64,000 nucleotides of DNA from Lama glama (Eukaryota): assembly GCA_028534125.1 (NCBI GenBank), contig CM052817.1:4900001-4964000 (forward strand), in the 5' to 3' direction. The notes under the pieces were generated by a model that saw only the letters and a list, made by a program, of their open reading frames with translations, had not been told where the DNA came from and ran no database searches. The first letter of the stretch is position 1. Each line of letters starts with the position of its first letter. Made by a program: the position numbers and the translations under genes. Below are positions 52,631 through 64,000 of the stretch, in pieces.

Positions 52631-54545
52631 CTAGAATATTACTCAACCACAAAAAAGAATGAAATAATGCCATTTGCAGCAATATGGATGGACCTAGAGA
52701 TTATCATGAGATTATCATAGTAAGTGAAGTAAGTCAGACAGATAAAGACAAGTATCATATGATATCACCTATATGTGAAATCTTAAAAAAATGATATATT
52801 TACAAAGCAGAAAGAGACTCACAGACATAGAAAACAAACTTAGAATGACCAAAGGGGAAAGGGAGAGGGGCAGGGATAAATTAAGAGTTTGGGATTAGCA
52901 GATACAAACTACTTAGATGTGAAATAGATAAACAATGATATAGCACAAGGAACTGTATTTAATATCTTGTAATAAACTATCACCAAAAGGATCTGAAAAA
53001 AGAATATCTATATCTATATCTATTAAAAACTAAATCACTATGCTGTACACCGGAAAGTAACACAACACTATAAATCAACTATACTACAACAACAAAAAAC
53101 AACTTGGTGGCTTGTAACAGTAAATGTTTGTCCTGTCGCTCATACTGCTTGTCCACGCAAGTCGGCTGGAAGCCCTGCCCACTGCCCCACTTCCCCTCCC
53201 TCCCATGTTTCCTGGGATCACCTTCCAAATAAACTTCTAGCACCTGGGTCCTTGTCTCAGGGTCTACCTCTAGAGAAACCCAAACTAAGACAAACCCCAT
53301 CAAGGAAATTCACACACACCATTTTCTAATAGAGGACCCTGTGTACTTCCTTCCTAGCATATAGCATCTTCTCTCATTTTTATGTAGTCGTTTATTAGCT
53401 CACTGTCTGTCTGTAACAAGGGCAGTTGTCTGTCTCTGTTTCCCTTGGGCTAAGTGTAAAGTAGTTGTTCAATAAATATTTGATAAACATCAGCTGAGTA
53501 AACGGATGAATGAAGGACCAACCCTGGACATGCCTTCTCCTTCTGGACCTCAGCTGCCTCATTAGGAAGACGGGGCCGTGGTGCGTGGCACCTGGAAGGC
53601 TGCTTCTGGGTGTCAGATCCTTAGATTCTGAGACGCCAGGGGCTGGCGGAATAATGAAGCACGTGGTCTTGCTGGCGGACAAGGCTCTGGGTAGGAACGT
53701 GGCTTCAGCCTGCACTAATTTGACAGGGAGGCTAGCGAGAGCACGGCAATTAGGAGGGAAGAAAGAGGGAAAAGGAAAAATCCTCCTTAGCGGTGGTCTT
53801 TGGCAGGCTGATGAAGGAGAGGAGCCTTGTTCAGAAAGAACACTGGAAGTGTTTGCATATAAATTGCCTTTTAAGGTTTCTATTCTTCAAGACTAATGAG
53901 CGTTTCAGGTTTAAACATACCTACTCCCTCCTATTCACTGTTTGTTACTCTCTCTGTTTTCCCTCCTCATTTCGACTTGCGATTCTACCAGGTAGAATGA
54001 TGCGTCCACTTTCTAGAATCAACGCCTCTCAGCTTGGGCAGATTGAAGGTTTGCAGGTGACGCTGAGCCCGCTATAGTGGACACAGAAGTAAAACTACAA
54101 TACTGTACACATGGAAAATAATAATAATGTTGCATTTTAAGAAAAGCAAAGCAAATTGCTGCTCAAAGAAGTGGAGCGATGTTCCCCAGATCACACAGCC
54201 AGGAACTGGTAGGTTTGGGCTTTGAATCCGGGAGTGTGTGGACTGATGAATTTTCCATTACCAGATCTACTAGCCATTTAAGGAACAGTCAAAATTCCCA
54301 GAAGTAGAAAAGCTTTAAACTGTAAGCCACTGACTCACAACAGCAGAAAAAGGAAATAAATAAATTAAATCGAAGGCCACTCTCAAGTAAAAAGCAACGT
54401 GAATTATTTCTTAAAGAAACATACATGACAACTAAATGCAGTATGTGACCTGGATTGGCTCCCGAACTGTGAAAATGGTTTTCTTATGAGATGAAAGACA
54501 CTCATGGAAAAATTGATAAAATATGAATAAGGTCCACTAACTTAA

Positions 54546-54678
54546 TTTTTATTTAATTTTTAAAAAATTTTTGTGGGAGGGACAATTTACTTATTTTTAG
54601 AGGTGGTGCCAGGGATTGGACCCAGGATCCTGTACATGCTAAGCAAGCTCTCTACCACTTGAGCTATACTCTCTGACA
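54546..54678 (-). mobile_element. tRNA-Ala-derived SINE (vic-1-like, more diverged) with 13-bp TSD
   Basis: TSD tccactaacttaa at 54533-54545 and 54679-54691; reverse tRNA head. Confidence 0.85.
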
Positions 54679-54764
54679 TCCACTAACTTAAAAAAAAAGA
54701 CGTGTAACGCCAAATGAACATGAATTTGATTCACTCATTCTGCAATTGACAGACCAAAAAAAGT

Positions 54765-55295
54765 AAGGAGTTTTACAGTTCCAGGTCTTATATTTAGGTC
54801 TTTAACACATATTGAGTTGATTTTTGTGTGTGGTGTGAGGTAAGGGTCCAGCTTCATTCTCTTACATGGGGATATTTAGTTTTCCCAATACCATCTGTTG
54901 AAGGGACGATCCTTTTCCTATTGTGTATTCTTGGCACCCTTGTCAAAGATCAGTTGACTTAATATGCGTCAATTTATTTCTGGGCTCTCTAGTCATTTCC
55001 GTTGGTCTGTATACAGGTAAAGATACAGGTCTTTATGCCTGTATCATACTGTTTGGATTTCTATAGCTTTGTAATATATTTTGAAATCAGGAAGTGTGAT
55101 GCCTTCAGCTTTGTTTTTCTTTCTCAAGATTGATTTGGCTATTTGTGGTCTTTTGTGTTGATATAAATTTTAGAATTTTTTTTCTATTTCTGTAAAAAAT
55201 GTCACTGGGGTTTTGATAGGGATGGTATTGAATCTGTAGATCACTTTGAATAACATGAGCATCTTAACATCATTAAGTCTTCTAATCCATGAACA
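54765..55295 (-). mobile_element. L1 ORF2 fragment
   Basis: ttgagttgatttttgtgtgtggtgtgagg...ttgaaatcaggaagtgtgatgccttcagctttg...ttctaatccatgaaca. Confidence 0.85.
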
Positions 55296-56194
55296 AAAAA
55301 TAACTTGATATTTTGTTTTTCTTGATATGAGCAGTGGTCACACAGACTACCTCAAGCTGTGTATATTAATGATTCATGTAATCATCCAAATGTAAATTAT
55401 GCTTCAATAAAAGTATTCATAAAAATTAGACTGCAATTTACTAAATAAAGTACATGGGCTATATGGAAAACAATGAGTTCATAATTAGCTTTGATAAAAA
55501 AAGGAGAGAAACAAAACTCACTGGACGGATAACATTGGATCTTGCAAAGACACCAACTCCTCTGTAATTTGATAAATAAAGGGAAAGAGTTGTGCAGTTA
55601 TTCTGCCATTCTATTATGAATATTACTTCCGAGTAACCAAATATCAAAGAGGATAGAGTAAAGTTCTTTCACTTACTAAATACTGAATGAATGGATTAAA
55701 ATTTACCATTTTGCAATTCCTCAGTTAATAACTGATTCAGACAATGGTCACTGATGAATGGTAAAATTACTAGGTGGAATGCTGATGAGAGAGATTTTAC
55801 AAGAATGGAATTGTCATTACCTCACCCACTTATCAACCTTAGTGCCACTAAACATGACAACCTAAATGGGACATGAGGCATCCATGCCAAAAATAAAGTT
55901 AAACCTAATCCATACTTTTCATCTAACTGAAGATCGACAGGATATATAAGGGCCAAGAGAACACATTAAATGACATCACAAGGAAGCAATAATAAAGCCC
56001 AGTCATATAAAACATTTTTTAGGAAAACTCACTTCCTTCACAAGTAAACAGCATGAAAAAGTCCTTTTTAAGAGAACCCTTGCTTGGAGCTCAATTTCAA
56101 CAATCTACAAAAGGCATATTTTAGGCAATGGAGGAAATTTGAATCTGGACTGAAAGATATTACATAATTACTGTTAATTTTATTAAGTCTGGTA

Positions 56195-58420
56195 AAGACC
56201 CCTATCTTCTACCTTAGACAAAAATCGTATTCCAAGTAGGTTATAGATCTGAGTGTAAATGGCAAAACCATCAGTTCTCTAAAGAAAAACTGGGAACATA
56301 GTAAATTTCCTTAATATGGTAATAGGTAACAAGCAAAAACTTGAAACAAACATCATTTTTAATGTTGAAATTTGAGAAGCATTTCCACCGAAGTCAGGAA
56401 TAAGACAAGGATACACTCTACTACTAATGCTAGTCAACAATTGGAAAAAATGGGCAAAGGATACAAATGGACATTTTTTTGCCATTTGAGATATCTTCAT
56501 GATCTTAGAGTAGGCAAAAATTTCTTAAGCACCAACTTTAAAGGAAAAGAGTAATAAATAAGATTAAATGTAAGAATATCAGTTCATCAAAAGATTCCCT
56601 CAAGAGAGTAAAAATGCACAATACAGAATAGAAGCTATTTCTATCACAGACCTAAAACCTCTTTGGTAAGCTGATATCCAGAGTATGCAGGAACTCCTAT
56701 CGGTCAACAAGAGAAACTCAACAGAAACATCGGTAAAGAGATTTGAACAGGTATTTTGCAAAAGGGTATATCTAGATGAAAACAATCCTATAAAAAGGTA
56801 TTCAACATCATTCATGATAGAAAGTGTAAATTAAAACTACAGTGGAGTGTCATTACATACTTACTAGAACAGCACAAATTAAAGTGACAGACAATGATAA
56901 CTCTCAATGACGATTGGGAGGATGTGGGCCAAGGAGGGTCCAAGGACGTGGACCAAGGCAGAAATGTAAACCGGTGCAACTGCTATGGGAAGTTGAGCGC
57001 AGACCTGTCCTGTGACCTAGAAATTTCACTCCAGGGCATATACCCAAACAACAAGTTTCATTCCATCATCATTATGTGCATCCAGCTCAGAATCCAAAGA
57101 GATAATGTAACCTAGTGATACAGCAGAGCAACAGCAACAATGCAAACAAACTAACACTACGTAAAACAACACGGGTGAACAGTGCAAAGCAATGAGAAAA
57201 ACGAAGCCAGACACAGAACAACACAAATTCCTTGATTCTCTTTATATAAGGTTCAAAACCAGGCAGAACCAATCTATCATGTTAGAATTCAGAAGAAGGA
57301 TTACTTTGAGGAGCAGATAGACGGTAGAGACATGAAGGGTTATGGCTTACTGTTAATGTTCTACCTTTGGCTCTGTTTACTTTCTGAAAATGTATCAAGC
57401 TTTACAGTTTAGATTTGCTCACTTTATATAGGTAGTATTTCAAATTTCAAAGAGAAAACTAGCATCCATTCATACTGCTTTATAAAACTCTTAGTAAACT
57501 GGGAATCTAGTGAATTTCACTAACGATCAAAAACCTACAACATGTTAAAAGTTGAGAAGCATTTCCACTCAAGTCAGGAATAAGACAAGGCCACCACCTG
57601 CTACTGATGCTATTCAACAACTCAACCTACTGGGAAAAAAATAGGCAAAGGATACTAGTGGGCAACATCTTTTCCCATTTTGGAAACCTGAATGAATGAT
57701 AAATATTTCAAAGGGGTTCAACTTCACTAGTATATCAGAATATGCAATTTTTAAAACTCACCATACTGGCAGAACTTTAAAGTTTGATAACACCAAGTGT
57801 TGGCTGCGTGTGGGCAAGCAGGAACTACCAAGAATTGCAACTGGAAATGCAAATTACCCTTCTGGGAAGTCAGCTGTCACTGACTTCTAATTTCCAAGAT
57901 GGCAAACCCTATGACCCAGCAACTCCACTATTTCTCAGTCTGTGTGTATTCCGTGGAATGTGCCCGGGAATGTGCACATGGGAAGCTAACCAAGAACGCT
58001 CACACCTACATCACACCTACATCAAGACAGGAATAAGTCAATAAACTGTGGCATAATCCTGCAGAACAATGTAAAGCAGTTACAATAAATGAACCGCATC
58101 GTAGGAGTAAATACAAAAAATAATGGGGAGGGAGAAAAGCAAGTTGTAGAATGATCTAATTTCACTCGGGGACAATTTAAGAGTAGGATCTATTGCTCTG
58201 GGTCTCAAAACATTAGGCAAAAGGATAAAAAACGCAGTGGAAATGTTTGTGGTAATCTCTCGGGAGGGAAAAGGATTATGGTGTGAAAGACAAAGAGACT
58301 TCAATTGTATCGAGGATGTTTCATTTTTCAAACTGAGGGAGGATATGCTGGTGTGCCTTATAGCATCTCCATACTTGTCTGTGCTTGACATATTTCATTT
58401 TAAAAAATTGTTAACAAAAG
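56195..58420 (+). mobile_element. Cluster of ancient L1 (L1ME-type) 3' fragments
   Basis: aaggtattcaacatcatt...aaattaaaactacagtgg, ataaggttcaaaaccaggcagaacc, ccctatgacccagcaactccact. Confidence 0.7.
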
Positions 58421-59382
58421 AGTGACCCTATTCATGACTCCTCACATTCATGAAGGGCTCTGCACGGATCTCTCGCAAGGGTCGGGTGTACCTGGGCAAG
58501 CATGAGATGTCACAGTTTCCCCACAACTGTAGAGAGAGCCAGTGGCCACATGAGCATCACGTCTCCTGAGCTGGTCAGTGCAGCCAGCCAGCCAGTGGCA
58601 CCACGGCGGAGAAGAGAGCCTGAAATGCTTAAGGTACACAACTTAGCAGCTGTGTTTTCTGAGAACTCCTAATCTGTGGTTGCCTGAAGCCGATTTTGTT
58701 CCTTCCTCCTGCAGCTGCTCCAGGGGGTATCACTTGCCGAGTAACTTCCCAGGGTCACAAAGCCATGAGGTGGTTCTATCAGGAAAGGGCAGGGATGTGT
58801 CTGTTCTGTTCACCATCTCCTCCCTCTGGGCTTCAAGAGACATTCAGCTTAGATTTCAGCGCTTAAACAGGAAGTGACTTCTTTACCCAACCTCACCAGG
58901 ATGGAGCCTGCGGGCCTTGAGCTGAATTTGGAGCCTGTTTCTTATTTTTCTTGCCTACTCTGTCCCTCCTCTTTCTTCTTTTAGGCCCTGACTTTTCCAC
59001 GTTGCATGAGCACCAGAATCATGCTCCTTCCCACAGCGGAGGCTGGGCCCACCTCCCGCCACCCTCCCTGCCTACCTGTGCCCACAGTGCCACAGCTTAG
59101 CTGGCCTGGCCTGGCTCCTCCCCATCTCCCAAGCTGGCAGCCTCCAGCTTTTCCAGGATGCTGGTCCGTCCTCCCTGCCTGCGCTCCCTCTTCTTCCCTC
59201 CCCCTTCTCTCTGCCTCTCCCAGGCTCCCCTCCATCCGGGAGGCAGAGTGGCTGTGGAGGGGCCAGCAGTCCAGGGCACTAAGGTATCTGACTTGACTGG
59301 AAAGCTCCACAAAGCGGCTGGCAATTTAGAGGGCCAGCTGAAGCTAGGAGAGTGGTGCCTGCTGCAGGTAAACACCCAGGAT

Positions 59383-59495
59383 TAGCATGACCACACCCTT
59401 CAGTGTTAGAACTAGGACACTTTTGATAATAAAAGGAGACATTAAATTGAGGGGACCCTGGAAAAACAGTGCAGTCCTGGAAAAACTGGAGGAAA
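59383..59495. mobile_element. hAT-Blackjack MITE remnant (MER81-like)
   Basis: tagcatgacca...actaggacactttt...gtcctggaaaaactgga. Confidence 0.4.
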
Positions 59496-61119
59496 GCTTA
59501 CTTTATTAACAAATATCTGATTAATGAACGCAGGCCTTTTCCACTTAAGGGCTGGGATCTTAATCACCACATAACACTGAGCAAGACGTATTTGCGAAAC
59601 TGAATCGTACTTACAGGGGCATTTGCTGCAAAAGCAGACTCATCGATGTAAACGTACACCAGTGCCCATCAGACAGGAATTTCAGCTGCAGCTTTATCTT
59701 TGCACAGCCTGTTATTCAGACCCAGAGCGTAGAAATGCAAAATAAAGAAATGCTTTGTATTAAAAAAAAAATCCTTCAGAAGATTAAGCCATTATCATCC
59801 GTAATTGGGGTACAAGATGGGATAAATTTCTATTCTATCAGAGATGACGATTAAGGAATCATTTCCATCATTTCATTCTTGAAGAAGATAATGGAGTTTC
59901 CAACGAAGTTTCCAATCAAAAATGATCTTAATTATCCATCCCCTTTCAGTGAGCCAAATGCCTTTCCTTTCGGCCTAAACAAAAGAGGTAATTTTAGTTT
60001 TTCTCTTCTTCTGTTTCTTTCTGCTCCTTCTTTCCTCCCTCCCTTCCCCCCTCCCCACCTCTCTCTTTCAGAGAAACAACTGCAGGATGTAAAGTCCTGA
60101 ATCAGTGTACCAGATCTCATGCTGTGCAACAGTGCAGACCCTCCGGGAAGCCACATGCCGGGCGCCAAATCTTCCTGGAATGGGAGCTTCGCAGGGTTGA
60201 AAGAAATCTTGTCCTTTTGCCCCGTGCTCCTATAGTGCCATCTCGCTGATCAGTGGCCATCTTCTCCTGGCTTTAACACCTTCTGTGGCCCATGACAGTG
60301 GCCCATCCACCTCTCAAGAGGATGCTCACTATGGCTGAGTAATTTGGAGCATGTTGTCAAGAACCCTGGGATCACTGACAATGCTGGCTGGGTCACTTCA
60401 CAGCTGTGTGGCCTTGGGCAAGTAGCTCAGTCTCTCTGTGCCTCACATCAGAGGTTACAAACAGAAGCCCTCTGATTCCTACATTTCTCTATTCAGTATG
60501 GGTTTTATTTTGTTTTGTTTTTAAGAACTGAATTACTCTCACTTTTAAAACCTGAGTACTTCACATAAAGATCCAGATTTCTGGCTTCTGTCGAAAAGCT
60601 ACCATCTGGCCACCCCTGGAAGAGGTTCCTCCAGGGCAGCAACTTGCTGGAGATGGGCTGTGGCAGCCAACTCTGGCTGGGGCGGCCCCCTCCTGAAAAC
60701 ACAGGAGCCAGCAAGTGGGAAAAGAGGCTCCTCTCTTTCCTGTGACTGCTGCCCCCTGGAGGCAACTGAGCTGGGGACCACGGCACACACTTCTAGCACG
60801 GCAGTCATCTTGCTGGTTGTAGCTGTGATTTGGGGTCAGTCCCCTTGCCTAAGATGTTCTCCCAACCCATGTTGTTACTCTTTGAAATTCTATCCATCCT
60901 TCAAGGCCAAGTTCATATACCACCTCCTCCATCTAGCCCCCCAACTCTCCAATCTGAAGCAATCTCCAACTCTCACTTCCTCTAACTCCTAGACTCAACC
61001 CTGCCATGCCCCTTTTCACATCCTGCCTGTTACGCCACTTAACTGTGAACACACACCCCCCCCAGACTGTAAACTTCTTGCCGGTAGAGGCCCTAATTCA
61101 TCTGTGTTCCCCAATGTGG

Positions 61120-61605
61120 CTGTCTCTCTATGGTGGGCAGAATAATGCACCCCCTAAAATAAAGGTCCACACCCTAATCCCTGGATCCTGCAAATCACAT
61201 TACACGGCAAAAGCGGACGAAGGTAGCGGACAGAACCGAGGTTGCTCATCAGATGGGGAGAGTTTCCTGGATTATCCAGGTGGGCCCAGTACAATCACAA
61301 GGGTCCTTAACTGTAGAAGAGGGAAGCAGTAAAGTCAGAGTCAGAGGGACGTGGTGTGAGAGTGCCTCAAATGGCCATTGGTGGCTTTGGAAACAGGATG
61401 AGGCCACGAGCCAAGGAAGGCAGACAACCCACAGAAGCCAGAAAAGACAAGGAACAGCTTCTCCCCTAGAGCCTCCGGAAGGAAGCAGCCCTGCTGACAC
61501 CTGGATGTTGCCCAGTGAAACCTGTTCTGGACCTCTAACCTCCAGAATACGAACAGATGTGAACTGTGGCAGCAATAATAAGCCCCAGAGATCTGCGGTA
61601 CAACA
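61120..61605 (+). mobile_element. MaLR solo LTR (MLT1D-like)
   Basis: tggtgggcagaataatgcacccc...ctggattatccaggtgggccc...ttctcccctagagcctccggaaggaagcagccctgctgacacc. Confidence 0.85.
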
Positions 61606-61949
61606 CTGCACCCAGAGTCAGAAGCAAGGCACTGCACATTAAAAATTCGTTAAGAAGGTAGAACTCATGTTAAGTGCTCTCACAATAGTAAAATTAAACA
61701 CATACACACATAGGAGTATAACAAAAAGCAGCATTTGTACCATTTTTAATGCATATGCATCTAAAGTCTATCATTCATTCATTCAGCAAACACTGATGGA
61801 GGTGGGACCACAACCACTTAAGGCAGCAATCAGGCAGGCTTCCCTAGTTAGTATAATAACAGCCTGAATGTTCCCTTTCCCGCCCACAACAAAAGTACCA
61901 TGGGCAAGAGAGCCAATGTGGCTGAGACGTCATCTCCACAGAGCAGTCA

Positions 61950-62170
61950 GGACAAGAAGAAACAAGGTCTTTAGAACTGGATTGACGGAGGTTCCAATCT
62001 CAGCTCTGCCACTTACAAGCTGGGTGATTTCCCTACTTCCTCAGCTTCAATTTGATCTTCCCCAGAGTGGGAATAAAAACGCTTACCGCCTAGGGTCAGC
62101 GTGGTGGCTGAATGAGCTTCCACATGGAATGTGGCTGGCACTTGGCAGGAGCTCAGTAGATGTTAGTCCT
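61950..62170 (+). mobile_element. MIR SINE
   Basis: ggttccaatctcagctctgccacttacaagctgggtga...tggcacttggcaggagctcagtagatgttag. Confidence 0.65.
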
Positions 62171-62302
62171 TTCCCCAACATCATGAAAGTCAATCTTGGT
62201 TGCTATGAGAGCTAATATTTGCTCCTAGAATGCTGCCCACTGGCAATCATCGAGGCTCCTTACGTGGCAGTGCAGAGCGCCCATCTTCAAAGGAGGTAGG
62301 CA

Positions 62303-62555
62303 TTTTTAACTGAAGTATAGTCATTTTACAGTGTTGTCTTAGTTTCTGGTGCACAGCATCACGTTTCAGTCACACATGTACATACAAATATTCCTTTTCA
62401 TATTATTATTCATTATAGGTTTCTACAAGCTATTGAATATAGCTCCCCATGCTACACAGTAGAAACCTGTTGTTTATCTATTTTATATATAGTAGTTAGT
62501 ATCTGCAAATCTCAAACTCCCAATTGATCCCTTCCCACCCTCTTCCCTCCACCAG
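62303..62555 (-). mobile_element. L1 3' UTR fragment
   Basis: tttttaactgaagtatagtcattttacagtgttg...gtatctgcaaatctcaaactccc is the reverse L1 tail. Confidence 0.85.
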
Positions 62556-64000
62556 TAATAGGTGTATTCCCCTCTCCCAGCTCCCATAATCTCATGTAAA
62601 CCTCAACTAGATGTGGCAGTTGCCAAAGACTCCAGGTTTCTAAAAGCTACCAAACAATAAAACACCACCAAGGCTCATAGCCTGATAAAAGGAACTCCTC
62701 TAACTCAAACTGAAGATCTAAAAATAAAGCAGCCCCTCCATCGGATCCAGGGTGAGGACGGGGGAGGCTAACTGAGCAGGATGTGTGCTGTGACTGCGTG
62801 AATGTTTTATCTGTGTTGTCAAAATGCCATCTGGAGCGAAGGAAACCTGGAGATCAATTTTCTCAGATTACGTGGTCACTCCCAGAAGCGGGTGTGCAGA
62901 AACGCTGATCCCTGCCGGCTCCCCCAGCACCCCAAGCAGCTAACCATGCTGAGAAAGGAGCGGATGTTTTGTCATTATTACTTTCAATAGGAAAGTCCCA
63001 AAATGCTAAAGTGCTAAGACAGTTCTCTTGTTATGCCTCACACCAGCTGTCTGAAAATTCTAAAAGGATGCTTTAGTGTAGGCCCAAATGTTTGGCTCTC
63101 TTAGGAATATTCTAAAGGCATATTAAACAATTTTTTACTGCGTGAAGGCACATGCTCGTTGTAGAAAATACTTCCCTCCTTGGAAAGTGTAGAAAAATAG
63201 AGAATACAATGAAAGTCACTTATAATTTCACCTCCCCATGAAATGTATAATTCAATTCCCAGCAGTAATTTTTTTCAATTCTTATTTGCAACCAGCTTTT
63301 TCACTTAAATCTTAAAAATCTCCCATTAAAATCACCGACAAACATTACTTTGAATGATTAATAACATTTCATCGTATTATGTCCCCTAATTACTTAGCCA
63401 TTCTATTAAGATTGATTACTGAAATTATATTATTTCACTGATATTATACACGTTCTCTATTATAAATCATGCTGCCATGAAGACTTTTAATCACACAACT
63501 GAAGGGCCACATGAGCAGTGACGGTGTCTCTTTTAATCACCAACATTTCTCCCAAACCAAGTACAGGACCTGGAACAATGCATATTGTTTGAATGTATGA
63601 ACCCTGTTATATTTTTAGAATATAATTGCTAGTAATATTCTTAAAGCCCTGTCTCCTTAAGCTTAGCATTAATTCACTGTCTAAACCCCAGCCTGGCATC
63701 TGAGGTCAGCATGATCTCTTCCCAGAGTGTCCTCGGCCACCTCCGCCTGGACCCCATCACTTATATGCTCTCAGACTGTCCCCTCCTAATGAAAATGTCC
63801 CTAGCCCTCATTCTCACAGCCCTTTTCTCCCAAGCAAAGCTAGTCTCTGCCCATAGGAGCACCTGCCTGAGGACCACGAGACCCACCTTACATCTGTCTC
63901 ACCTGCTGAACTGTGACCTCAAAGGAGAGCCTGAGCCTCATTGCTCTCTGTACTCCTGGTACTCAGCTCAGGGCTGGCAGCCAGTGGGTGTGCTGTAAAT

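Larger units (their letters stand above)
51762..53095 (+). mobile_element. L1 3' portion split by a solo LTR
   Basis: [29 protein letters not shown]2 peptide; tatgatccag|caatcccactcctggg rejoins across the LTR; 3' UTR to ~53095. Confidence 0.88.

Overview
Mammalian genomic DNA, most likely a camelid: it carries five tRNA-Ala(AGC)-derived vic-1-type SINEs and cetartiodactyl-type L1 3' ends. The whole window lies inside the STK32B (YANK2) Ser/Thr kinase gene on the minus strand. Coding exon 2 (39475-39530, 56 nt) and exon 3 (18357-18508, 152 nt) have canonical AG/GT sites; exon 1 and exon 4 fall outside the window. The rest is intron filled with L1, L2, MIR, MLT/MaLR LTRs, a MER41-like solo LTR, hAT-type MITEs and simple repeats. 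Nearly all ORFs in the track are spurious. The most unusual feature is a ~170-bp non-L1 insert (36549-36720) inside an internally deleted L1. Its minus-strand translation resembles a colinear part of the vesiculovirus/rhabdovirus nucleoprotein, making it a candidate endogenous rhabdovirus-like element that still needs a database search. Repeat family names are recognised by eye; boundaries are approximate unless a TSD or TIR is given.
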